Origin: the human T2T-CHM13v2.0 reference genome, Homo sapiens
Assembly: GCF_009914755.1 (NCBI RefSeq)
Contig: NC_060926.1
Length of the DNA stretch: 64,000 nt
Strand: one strand, 5' to 3'
Shown here: positions 43,145 through 56,578 of the stretch, one piece after another
Numbering within the stretch: position 1 is the first letter of the stretch
Layout of the letters: the number at the start of each line of letters is the position of its first letter
Notes under the pieces: model-generated
What the model was told of the DNA's origin: nothing
Seen by the model: only the letters and a program-made list of their open reading frames with translations
Database searches by the model: none
Position numbers and translations under genes: made by a program

Positions 43145-44905
43145 ATAAATAAACTATTTTTAAGCCCATTACCCATTCAAAAGGGTTATTATTTAACTCA
43201 CCCAAGAAAACCATTTTTTAAAAATGGTATAGCAACATTCCTCCTTTTTGTGTAAGTTATATTTCTAATTACAATGCATTTCCCAGGTACCATTAGGCAT
43301 TAGCAAGGTGTTTAATTATACTTTTTCATCCAAGTTAACCTCAATTATTGTGGTTTCACTGAAAGTTTTCTTATTTAGTTCCTAGCTGTACCTTTGCCCA
43401 ATTCATTTTCTTTCAGAAGATGAAATCAATACCTGAGATGGGACCAGTACATCTGTTTAATGGTTAACAATGATTACCCTTTTTATTCATTCAGCAGTTA
43501 CCATTGTTCATTTTTTTTTTTGGGTGAGACAAAAGTTCGTGGAGTAAGAATTATTTGCTTTCTAAAGGTAGATCATTAATAAAGTAATTGAGTAATAAAA
43601 TAATTGAAATGGAGATAATTAAACAGCCATAACCTATATGCAACTATTATTAATGGCAACCTGAAGCATTATGCTCCATATAAATCATAAAAACAGAAAA
43701 AGTTTACTCACTATAAAGACCATAAACCGGATATGATATAAGTATGTGTTTCAGGTTTTATAACTCCATATATTTCCAAATAGCCAAAGTTCAAGAAACT
43801 TTGACTTGCTCCTGGAAACCACATTTCATCTTTTCTGGAGGAAGCAGAGCATGAAATTTTCCCGAGGCTGAGCAGATGAGGAGTTTCCTCATTATTAGGA
43901 CAATATAGGCATTGGCACAGCAGGTTTATGCTGTTGCCTCATTAGATGCCACTGAGAAAACTGAATTAAGAGCAAAAAGTGAGCAAGTCCAACTATGGTG
44001 ATTATGTAAAGAGACTTCCAGATGTCTTAGTACTTTAAAACAATGCTTCTCTTATTCCTAAAATGTCCAAAAGTGCTATACATATATCTTTGAGAGAAAT
44101 CCTATAAATGTAATATTTGTTGCAAATAATAGTTGCAAACAGGCAAGAGAGCTTCTGTGTGATGCAAGCAAAGAGGACAAAGCAAAATCTCAAAATTTAG
44201 GAGCTGGTGTTTGTTGTAGCTCAGGGAGAAATCTCAGCAGGTCATCCAGTTTATTAGCCAGCTTCTAGGCAGAGTGGAACTGAATGTGTCCTATATAGAA
44301 GAGCATTGTGGTTAGAAATGTCTTCCCTTGTGAAGGATTTAAACTAAAATGTGCCCACTAAGAGAAAAAGACTCTTATTTTTCCCTCAAGACCTACTTTG
44401 TAATAAGATCTTTTATGTATACTTTTAGTGTTTACATGATAATTGCCCCCCAAATCCGACATATATGTTTCACATGTAGTTACATTCCAGTTGTGATAAA
44501 ATAGCCACAGGAACTGAGAGGATACTTTATTTTTATTAGTGTTCCTAATGTACTGGCTCAATTCTTCTCCACTGCAGATGGAATGAAGTTTATTGCTTTA
44601 AGCAAAATTACCAGTGCAGCAATAAATTGTCATGGTTATATGTCCCGGGCCTTCTTGTCACTGATTCAAATTTACTTCTGAGCTCCTCATTTTCTAAGGT
44701 AAAGTCTTCTATAAATACACAGGCATTTCATTTCTCCTTAAACACTCAATCAAAATGGGATATCTTTCTAATGATTTGTTAACAGTTCCATAAACAACTT
44801 AAAAGTACAACAATCAGAAAGAACATAATCCTTTCTAAGCAATTGTAAAACCAAGTAGAAATCTGTGTGCATGTTCATTCTTTTATTCTTTCAACAAATA
44901 GCTAC

Positions 44906-45269
44906 TGATATGGTTTGGCTGTGTCCCCACCCAAATCTCATCTTGAATTGTAGCTCCTATAATTCCCTTGTGTTGTGGGAGGGACCCTGTGAGAGGTAAT
45001 TGAATCATGGGAGTAGGTCTTTTCTGTACTGTTCTTATGATAGCGACTAAGTCTCACGAGGTCTGATGGCTTTATAAAGGGGAGGTCCCTTGCACATGCC
45101 CTCTTTGCTTGTCACCATGTAAGATGTGGCTTTGCTCCTCTTTGCCTTCTGCCATGATTGTGAGGCCTCCCCAGCCATATGGAACTGTGAGTCAATTAAA
45201 CCTCTTTCCTTTATAAATTACCCAGTCTTAGGTATGTCTTTATTAGCTGCTTGAGAACAGATTAATACA
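44906..45269 (+). mobile_element. THE1 MaLR solo LTR inside an L2 fragment
   Basis: TG...CA ends with perfect TSD gctac. Confidence 0.93.
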
Positions 45270-47466
45270 GCTACTGGGCAGCAAGCACTGTGCAAGGAGC
45301 TCAAGATACTGCAGTAAATAAAGCAGACAAACATCCCTACCTTCGTGGAGTTTATGTTGTACTAGAGAAGAGAGACAGAAAAGCAATAAAATAAATAAAA
45401 GTAAAATATGTAAGATATGAAGGAAAATAACATTTGAATATTACTCTTATAAAGTAAATATTTTCACATAAGTTGATAGTTTTCTTTGTACACAAATAAT
45501 AAGAATCAGGTCAGGAAACATTAATAAACACATTCAGAGTAGTCAACTAATTTTGCCAAAGTCACACAGTAGGTCATAGAATATGATCTTAAAACCCAGG
45601 TCTTTCAATTTCATGCCTTGGGATTTTTCCATTACAAAATACTGCCTACACAGCACCAAAAGTAAATTACATGTTTCCAGAGAGCTGTATATTGAATATC
45701 ATGGAAATAAAAATTCAAATGATCTGAAAGATTGAATGTATATTTGAATATTCCAAGGTTTTCTACTCATAGCCTCAAAAAAGAAAAAGGCAGGACCCAA
45801 TTAATAAGAATGGAATGGAGCAGCTGGATAATTAGCAATAGTACACCTGTTATTACTCCTTTTTAGTTGTCGTTTTTTTAATAGACTTCTCTTTCAGAGG
45901 GATTCTGAGTCTATTTGTCTCATTGCAGGCACTTCTACTACCTTGGTTTATGAGTATGGGGGTAAAGGAGGTGTCATTTTGCGGGGAAGCTTACGGAGGA
46001 AAGCTAAGGGGTAGTACATAAGTCTGTTTTACAGTTGCAGGAAATGCCTTCATTGGAGAGTTTTAGAAGTAAAACATGGAGGGCAAAATATTTTCAGACT
46101 GTTTAGGTGGCCACAGAGGTGTAGTAGTTGTTTTGTTCAAGTTGGATAATTATGAGTCTTAAAAGAAAAAAAAATGTCACCAAGGAAACAAGGCACCAAG
46201 TTTTAGATAGTTTTACTTTTTATTAAGCCATGGTTATTAGCCTGCTGTAGAATGCATGAGACCAATGTGGAAATGCCAAGGGCACAACAGCATGTCAAGC
46301 TTAATGAAGCTCACTGTGACTGACACACTTGGAAAAGGTCAAGAAGTGTGCAGCAGAATGGACAACACACAGATTCATTTCTTCCATGACTGTGCACTCA
46401 AGCAAAGCAGCATGGAGAATTGAGCCATTATTCAGTGAAATTCATCAGCATTCTGTTCAATGTTGACCATACATTCAAGCAACTCTAATTTACTGCCCAA
46501 ATTGTCCACTATCTGCATTCTTTACCCACTTTGCTCTTTTTAAGACCAGAGAGGCTGTGTGGAAATACAATACACATATATAAGATAATTGTAATTGTAA
46601 TTTACTTCTTTCTTTTTTTTTTTTTTTTTTTTAGCACAGTCTATGTGATTTTACCCCTTACAATAGTGCCAAGAGAGCAATTGCATCCCAGCTCCAGTCT
46701 GAAAGTGGTTAAAGTAGCCAGGAGTGGGAAGAACCAGAGACAAGTTTAAATTGTGTCCTTGGGAGTATGAAAGGTCAAAGTCTGAGACACTGAATTCTCT
46801 GGCCAATTCTATGGAGTGAACTTAGGGCCCACTGGGAAAATAAGAAAAATATAAAAAGATTCAAAATTCAAGAAGAATAGAATTGGGAATGAAAAAGGGA
46901 GAGCTATTCTTAACTAGTTCACCCAAGTGATCCCATACCTCTAAGATTTTCAGTCTAGATTTATATTCTCACTGCAGATCTTTCTCTTGAGCTTCAGATT
47001 TGAATACCCAATGGCATGTTGGATGTCTACATCTACATATTTCACATCTATTTCAAATACAACTTATTTCAGTCTGCTCTGCCTTTCCCTAGGACTTTGC
47101 TGCTCAGTTTTTGGCATTACAATTAGCCCAAATTATCTAAACTAAAGAAAAATTGAATTTACCCTTGAATCTCTTTTCCCTCACCCCAATCAAATACCAA
47201 ATACTTCCAATTTTGCTCTCCGAATATGTCTTGCATTCCATCCCCTTCTTTCTGTTCTTAATATCACTGAATGGATTCAGTCCGTCCTTATGTGGCAGAG
47301 ATGAAGAAACCAAGACTGAGGGATGAAGTAATTTACCAATGGGCGGTGATGGAGTCAGGGTTCCAGTCTGGACTGTAGGGTCCATCCTCTCCCGACTCTG
47401 AGCTCTCCCCTGCTGTCCCACCCTGCCTTTACCAACTCAGACACAGTCCAGTTTCCTAAATATGGT

Positions 47467-48032
47467 GTGAAGGCAAAAATTGTACCAAAGTTAAATAGAT
47501 AAGAAAGACTTTATTTGAGGCTATTGCAATGAAGGAGAACTCCATTTCTTAAATAGGAAATGGAACTCATTTCTGCTTAAACAAAGAGCAGGGGAGTTTT
47601 TAAGAGCAGGGTTGGGGGTGAGAATGAAAACCGTAGGCCATCTGTGTTTGTTAACTGGCCTTATCTAAAGGAAAAGTAAACTTTCTCGTATCTTCATGAG
47701 AGGAGGGGCTTGCAAAACTGCAACTGGAAACAACGCACCCACAGAAGTTAGGCTCCTACCCTCCCACAGAAACTGGAAGATGGGATGCTATCTCCCTGCA
47801 TGTTTGCATTTCAAGGAGGTGGCTCCCGGGTCTTTAAAGAAAGACATCCCTGGGTTATAAAATTGAAAAGAGGCTTTTAAAAGGATTTATGTCACAAAAG
47901 GTTAAAGAAATAACTTACAATTACACATTTTCTAGAGAAACTGCTTTAAGAAAATGGAGATCTGGGCCTAGAGTCAGGAAGTATATGTGAAGTTTGGCCA
48001 AACTGAGGGACATATTAAGGTCATCTTCTATA
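47467..48032 (-). mobile_element. MER67-like ERV1 solo LTR
   Basis: Reverse complements of MER67 motifs: ggccatctgtgtttg, gaagttaggctcctaccctcccacaga, ctgagggacatattaaggtcatctt. Confidence 0.72.
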
Positions 48033-48601
48033 GACTACAGGGGGCTTCAATCATCAAGCCCTTCCCTTCCTCTCTGCTCTACTTTCTCACCACAGAGAAC
48101 TATGTATTTTGCCTCTGTGTCATCATCACTATGTCTGTGGAACTAATTTTTATGTAAGGGCATCTTTGCAGTCTCCTTCCAGACCAATCTGTGGTTTGTT
48201 GACTGCTACTAGGAATCTGTTCTGGGGCTAGGAGCCTGGAGCCAGGAGCTTCTTGTTCATTTGGAGAGGAAGTCAAGGGAACCTGACATTCCCTATCCTC
48301 AGCTGCCAAACAAGATCTTTAACAGAAAAACCTCCATCACTTTGAAGAAGACAGAAATCAGCCAAAATACAAATTAGAGTGGAGGAAGTTTAGCTTAATT
48401 TGGAGTTTTCAATGAACATGAGAATTGATGCTGTCAGTGGAATCTGGCATGGAAGCAGGGGAGGTAGAATATTGTATCAATCATGTCCATCTTCCCCATG
48501 ATTATACAATTTAAATGTTCTTTAGCTAGATCTATGAGTACCTTCTGAATGAAATACTTTAATATATTTACTTTGTTACCGGTAAACTTTTATATACCAA
48601 T

Positions 48602-48980
48602 TGTATTAGTCTGTTCTCACACTGCTATAAAGAACTGCCTGAGACTGGGTAATTTATACAGGAAAGAGGTTTAATTGACTCACAGTTCCAAATGGCTGAA
48701 GAAGTCCTCAGGAAACTTACAATCATGGCAGAAGGGGAAGGAAACATGTCCTTCTTCACATGATGGCAGGATGGAGAAGCATCGAGCAAAGAGGGAAAAG
48801 CCCCTTATAAAACCATCAGACCTTGTGAGAACTCACTCACTATCATGAGAACAGCAGCATGGGGGGTAATCGCCCCTATGATTTAATTAACTCCCACCAG
48901 ATCCCTCCCATGACACTTGGGGATTATGAGAATTACAATTCAAGATAAGATTTGGGTGGGGACACAGCTAAATCATATCA
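48602..48980 (-). mobile_element. THE1 MaLR solo LTR
   Basis: tgtattagtctgttctcac ... aatcatatca with perfect TSD ccaat. Confidence 0.93.
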
Positions 48981-49740
48981 CCAATCAAAGATACTTGATG
49001 GGACAATGACTGCTTTTAGGTGAACTTTTTCAACATATTTTAAACCTCTGCATATTTGTGAGTTAATAAATACTTATTTTCAGTGCTCTGAACTCAGTGT
49101 CCCTGTCCTTATACTGACTTTCTTGGCCTTCCAAATAAGATATTAGCATCTGAGTTCTCTGCGCTCACAGGTAAACTTGGCCCAGATAACATTTATGTTT
49201 CATTTATTTGTCTAACGAACATTTGTCAGATCTGACATTGTGTCAAATGCGATGAGGCACTGTAGATGCAAGAGTGACAAAACTTAGATGAATCTTCCTT
49301 TCAACAAGCTCACAGTGAGTGGATAAGGTAGGTGTTAAACAAATAATCACATAAACAAGTACAAATGTGTCACTGTCATGAACTGTGAGGCACTGATACT
49401 TAGCAGGGATTTGACTTAGTAAAGGAAGTCCAGGGAAAGCTTCACTGGGAGTCTGGCTTATAAAGGATGAATAGGAATTAGCTAGGTAAAGAGACCCAGT
49501 AGGTAGGAATGACTAAAAGTAGGTCAGTCTAGCTACTGCGTAGACAGTGAGAGAATGTGAAAGTCAGGAAAAGCCTGGATAGGAAGACAGGGTGAGCTCA
49601 CATGAGACCTTTGAGGTGTTCAGAGCAGATGTAAGTGGGAGGCTACTGAGTTGGCCCAATCTAGAAACAATGATATTTTCATTTGCTGCATGAGTTTCAG
49701 CCATCAGTGAAGAAAAAAGTTCGTAAGATATTTGCTCAGA

Positions 49741-50031
49741 GAACAGAAAACCAAACACTGCATATTCTCGCTTAAAAGTGGGAGCTTAACAATGAGAACA
49801 CGTGGACACAGGGAGGGGAACAATACACACTGTCAGAGGGGTGAGGGAGGGAGAGCATCAGGAAAAATACTTAATGCATGCTGGGCTTAATACCTAGGTG
49901 GTGGGTTGATAGGTGCAGCAAACCACCATGGCACACGTTTACCTATGTAACAAACCTGCATGTCCTGCACGTGCACCTTGGAACTAAAAATAAAACAGAA
50001 CAAAATAAAATAAAATAAAATAAAATAAAAT
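49741..50031 (+). mobile_element. Short L1PA 3' end with (TAAAA)n tail
   Basis: L1PA 3' UTR, TSD-like atatttgctcaga / atgtttgcttaga. Confidence 0.88.
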
Positions 50032-50882
50032 ACATGTTTGCTTAGAAGTACAAATCCACATTGCATCTAATCCACTCTTACAAATTGCCCTTGATTGAAA
50101 TGTTTGTTTGTTTTTGCCACCTCGGACTCCAAGCTTTTATGTCCTATTAAGTATGTGGTAATCAGTTGAAATGCCTTGTTTATAGCATTGCCAGTACTAT
50201 ATTCAGAAATATTCCTAGGCTTTCTATCTATTGCATTATTAAATCAGAGCATGGTTCAAGTTCATATTCCTTCAGAAGTACAATTTATTAACAAAATAAT
50301 CATGGCCCAGAGGAAGGAGTCAATAGAAAATAGAAGGCATTTACCAATTACTAGGAATTTGCTTTGTTTTTATTTTTGATAGATGTTGGTTGTAACCTAT
50401 ACATATTCTTTGCTAAGAAATAACCCTTGAGCCATGTAGAGTCAGGAGTTGGGCCCCTTCAGAGGCTGAGGTTTGCTGCTTCTGTGTACTTTCCTTCCAA
50501 ACAAATGAGGTTGGAGAAACAGGTTGATCTCCAGAATGAGAAACTCTTCAGATGCTTCCTGCCTTTTTATATCTGCATTTCAGAATCAAAAGAGCTAAAT
50601 TAGAGAATTTATTAATAGTTAAATTTCAGGTATCAATTCTGATATAAGTAATATCTTGTGGAAATGTCTCTTATATTTGAAGTATTCTAACTGGCCAAAT
50701 CAAGTGGATCCTTCCCCTTAATTACTGATTGGTAAGCTTTATCTTAGTTTAAACTTGAACAAGACCAGTGGTTTGGCAATTTTAAATAAATTATATTCAT
50801 GCAGCTATTCAAAAGTTGTCAACATGCAATGAAAAGTGTTCAATGAAATTAGTTGTTAATACTGACAACAGGGATTGTATAG

Positions 50883-51326
<444 letters not shown>

Positions 51327-52174
51327 TAGCAAAACTGGGAGGAACAGCTTTGTTACAGCCACAGAAACAGAATTATTAAGCACTGGGGCTCTCAGACAAA
51401 ATCTTGCTGTCCCACTTTTAAAGTGAGCAGAAAGCAATTGCATGTCGGTGAGCAACTGGATATCAGCAGCAACAATGACAGGCTGGGGATTACCAACACA
51501 ACCCAATGTTTTTCTGGTAGGTTTTAGATTTTTGCACTACCCCAGTGAATGACTGCAATTATTAAGCCAACTGAGTGGCATGGGGATCCAGGGAGACAGA
51601 GAGATGAGAGAGAGAAAACGAGAGAGAGAGAGAGATTTAATTAGGATAAAGAAATAATATTTATTATACATGTATCAAATGTTAGGGGCAAAAATTTTTT
51701 GATTGAATTCCAATAGCTTTTATGTTCACTATGCAAGATGCAGACTAAGGTACTAAGTGACCCACTACCAGCTCCTCCTCCTCATCTTATCTGCATATTC
51801 TCTCTCTCGTTTACTCCTTATTTTATCCCACTCCATCCTTTCCTCAGTAATATTGAAGAGGAGCAATTGTACCTATTTATAACGTACACAGGTCAACATG
51901 GGTGTTTGCAGGTGTGGGCAGTATTTCCACCTCCCTTGCTATGTGCTGTTGAGAACATGGCAATATAGCAACAAATATTATGAAGAAGCCCTTTGGGATA
52001 GTCTGGGTTGCCTTCTTATTTGCATGACGTATGACCAACCTGTTGGGTGACTGTTTCCAGATGTCCTTGAAACTCAATAAGATGCTTTTAAAATGTCATC
52101 TTAATGACAGCTGCCACTTTTGAATAATCCTATTCTGGTGATCCTGTAATATTAGCTCTCCCCAGGAATGCCCC

Positions 52175-52752
52175 TGTGATGGTTAATATTAGCTGTCAAC
52201 TTGATTGGATTGAAAGATGCCTTGATGGCTGGTAGAGTATTGTTCTTGGGTGTGCCTGTGAGGGTGTTGCCAGAGGGGATTGATATTTGGGTCAGTGGAC
52301 TGGGAGAGGAAGACCCACTCCCAGTGTGGGTGGGCACCATCCAATTGGCTTGCCAGCACAGCAAAAACAAAGCAGGTAGAAGAAGATGGGATAACTTCCC
52401 TTGCTGAGTCTTCTGGTTTCCTTCTTTCTCCTGGGCTGGATGCTTCCTTCTGCCCTTGGACATCAGCCTGCAGGTTCTTCAGCCTTTGGACCCTTGGACT
52501 TAACACCAGTGGTTTGCCAGGGCCTCTCAGGCCTTCAACCACAGGCTGAAGGCTGCACTGTTGGCTTCCCTGGTCTGGAGACTTTCAGACTTTGACTGAG
52601 CCACTACTGGCTTCTTTCTTCCTCAGCTTGCAGATGTCCTATTGTGGGCCTTTGCCTTGTGATCGTGTGAGCCAGTTCTCCCTAATAAACTCCCTTTCAT
52701 GTATACATATGTCCTATTAATGCTGTCCCTCTGGAAAGCCCTGACTAATACA
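52175..52752 (+). mobile_element. MLT2A (ERVL) solo LTR
   Basis: tgtgatggttaatattagctgtcaacttgattggattga ... cctgactaataca with perfect TSD gcccc. Confidence 0.92.
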
Positions 52753-55046
52753 GCCCCCAAACATTGTGGTATTGAAGTTATAGTTTCAACAGTGATTATT
52801 ACAATAGTAACAGTTTCTGTTTATGAAGCATTTACAATATGCCACACACTGGGCTACAACCTTTATATGAATTAGGGCTTCCAGCCACCTCTACATTGAA
52901 AACCATCAGTGACATCACATTGTTTTTAGGAGGAATACCCAATGGTCCCCAAGGCTTAACCTATTCTGGCCCCTACCTTTCAGGTCTCATTGTCACTCAT
53001 CTCTCCCTCATTTCCTGTACTTCAGGCACACACCTAGAGCTCTTTAAACGCTCAATTGCTCTCCTGCCTCTGGACTCTTTCAACTGCTGGTCTGGCTGCC
53101 AGAGCACTCTTCCTCATGAGAATGCACTCTGCTTTGCTCTCGTGCTTAAGTCTTGTTCATTGTCATATGTTCTTAAAGACCATGTTCCCTTTTCTTGGCG
53201 CACACATGTCAATTTGCTATATGTCCACTGATGTCATTGTCTTTCTCTCCATTGGTACCATGAGAAGGGGGTGGACTCTACTTGTGTTCATTATTGCATT
53301 TCAGCTGATATTATCTGATATACAGTAAAGGATCAATATTAGTACTGAATAAATAAAAGTATGAATGGATTCTGTTTTGCCAAGGCTTATATCTATTTTA
53401 TATTAGACCTTAACTCTCTATAAAGAGACTTGTTTCTGTGGCAGCATTTTTTTTTTTTTACCCATCTCACAGGCATTTGGAACCCACTACAGGGGTCAAT
53501 GAGTGACTCGGTAACTCTGTCAGACTAGACATGTATCCATTTCCCCAAAGTCCTGGTCACTTCAAACACTGTTAGAAGTCCCACTACACAGTTCTAATCC
53601 AATTGATCTATGTGCTGTCTTTTAGACTTTGAATAACACTGTGGTCTTATCCAAAGGGAAGAGAAGGGTATTGATATTTATCAAGGGCCTGCTTTCTTCC
53701 TGGAACACCATTTGGTGCCTTTCATACATTCAGTTGAAATAACTACCAGTGCATTAAAAATAGAATAATAATTTTAAGGTATTTTGGAAACATAAAGACC
53801 TCTGTAATATTAACTACTTTAGAACATTTCTTAGAGGACTGAGTTTTTGAAATATTCAACTGCACCTGCATTGCTTAGTGAGATAACTCACTCCTCTACA
53901 GATAACCTTTGTGAAAATAAAAATGATTTTTGGCAATGTCATTCCCTGGAGAAAATCTGATAAACTTAAAGTGATTGCAAATTATCCCCCAAAAGATCAA
54001 GTGTCCTTGTTATTGTTAAGCCAGTCTCTGCAATTACAAGATTGTGTAAGAAAGCAAGAGTTGTCTTAACTAATGTACTGAACATTTAACAATTAGTTTC
54101 CAGTAAAGTTCTCACCCCACCTACCTTGAATGTCTCTCTGTCCATTGCATCAACATATTTGGTGGTTGTTGCCTGTTGATTCTTTAAGAGGTTGTGATTT
54201 TTATTTAAGTAAAATGCTAATCAACTGGAATGGCAAACTTTGAGGAAGATGAAGGATTTCCAAAAAAAGAAGAAAGTAACATTACGGAACTCTTTAATCA
54301 CATGTCAAACTACCACCAAATGAGTCTGGCAGAGTGAGAACAGTTAATGTCAGAAGAGGAGAAAATCCACGAGGACTATGACACGATAGGTGCCTCAAAG
54401 AGACAGATCTGAGAATCAAAGAATTAAAGGGAGTACTGGCAAAATTGATGAGGCTGTTTATGAGGTGTTTATGATCTTGTGACACAAGGGCCATGTTTAC
54501 ATACAATTTTGAAGGGAAAATTATGATCTATTAATCAACACCTAATTCATTGTTTATTACATAATTCATATTTACTTAAAAACTATTGACAAAATGAACT
54601 AATTTCCCTTATATTATTTTGAAAGAGAAATGCCCAAACATATTAACCTTGTTCAACATTTAGTATGACACCTAGACCTCCTTGTAGTAAATTTACTTCA
54701 CATGCCTTTTTCCAAGTTTTATGCGCCCACACATAATGAAGACTAAATTCAAGTCACTAGGTTTTATCTCTTCCTTTCAAATAAGTTAAGTAAGCTGTTC
54801 CCCTGATTTTTTGCCCACTCTCAATCATTCATGCCAGTCTTATATAATTAATTTTCAAGGTTAAAACTTGTATCATATCTTCTCCTTTCCTGCCTCATTC
54901 TTTATATATGTTCTTATTTATCCTGTGGAAAATGTCTTTGACACAATAGAAATACTGAGGAAAATGTTATCATTAATATTTTCACACATTTCTTCTGCAT
55001 GATGAATGACTATGATCTATAAGAGCTGAGTGTTATTATGGTTATT

Positions 55047-55456
55047 GTATCATTCTTGCATTGCTATGAAGAAATACCTGAGACCTAGTGATTTATAAAG
55101 AAAGCAGGTTTAATTGGCTCACAGTTCTGCGGGATGTACAGGAAGCATAGAACTGGCATGTGCTTCCAGAAAGTTTTCTGGAAGTTTACAGTCATGGCAG
55201 AAAGCAAAGTGGGAGCTAGCACAACACATGGTGAGAGCAGGATCCAGAGAGAGAGGGGAGGGTGCCATACACTTTCACACAACCAGATTTTGGGAGAACT
55301 CACTATCACGAGGACAGCACCAAGAGGATGGTGCTAAACCATTCATGAAAAACCCGGCCCCATGATCCAATCACTTCCCACCAGGCCTCACCTCCAACAC
55401 TGAGGGTTAAATTTCAGCAGGAGGTTTGGGTGGGGACATACATCCAAACTATATCA
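55047..55456 (-). mobile_element. MST MaLR solo LTR
   Basis: cattgctatgaagaaatacctgaga ... catccaaactatatca. Confidence 0.88.
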
Positions 55457-56578
55457 ATTGTGATAACAACTTCTCTAGTTAGGATGTTCTCTGAATAGTG
55501 AATCTCTTTCTTGGATACTTTTTATAACGATCCATGTGATGAAACTGCAGCTAATTTTCTATATTACCTGATTCTCATGAAGTCACCACATTTTTTTTCA
55601 CGTTTGCAAAGACAGAAATACTAATAGTGTAACAGAATGCCAGATCAGATCACCGATCTACTGATAATTAACACAAGTGAAGTCAACATACCTTTTTAAT
55701 CACTATATTGAAGCACTGTTGATTCATTTATTTAAAAAGTTGAAGTAAAAATTAAAAATATTCAGGATATATTAAATCCATGAGTCAGCAATGAACACAT
55801 TATATGGGGCCAAGATTTTGCTTAGAGAAAAATGACTTCAATGGGTTCTTAATTTATTTTTATCTGAGTTTTATTTTTGGTTTGAATTACCCAGATAAAT
55901 TCTTTAATGCATTTTTCTATGTAAATTAAGTGGAAGAATTATGTATTCAGGTGAAAATAAGTGGGTAAGTCTATTCGTATACGCAGTCTACCAAAAGTAA
56001 TTTACTGAATTCTTTTTATGTTCTTAGTTCAAAATTATAGGCTTGTAGGACAAAAAGAAATAAGGTATGTTATGTAACTTACATTAACACTGAAGTATAT
56101 AGAAAGGAAATAATCAATTCTCTTAGTATCTTTGGCAGCAGTACTAAATATTTTAAAGTTTCTACTGTATGATTTAATTCATTGTAATATCTGAGAAAAA
56201 TACACTAAAGTATAAAATGTACCAACTGAAAAAGACATGCTCATACATGAATACCTTTAGTATACACTGATATATATGCACACATATTTAAAATGTATAT
56301 GTAATATTACACTTAACGAATAATTTAGGAAAATATCTAACAAAACTTTAGCATTCTATCTTATTATATATTTATTTTAAAACAGCTGATTTACTTTAAT
56401 GCACTAATCATTTCAAAGAAACTACTTACAACTTTTTATATACAGTTTATCATGAAAGGCAAATTAAATATGAATAGACCATAATTTTATGAGCTCCAAC
56501 TTGCCACAAGAAAATTATTTTTTCTGTTGTTTTAAAGAAAATGATTGCTCTATAGACTAATTGATTTAATAATGGATA

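Noticed and set aside
52152-52595. Five overlapping ORFs on both strands
   Set aside because: All lie inside a relatively GC-rich MLT2A LTR, where stop codons are scarce by composition.
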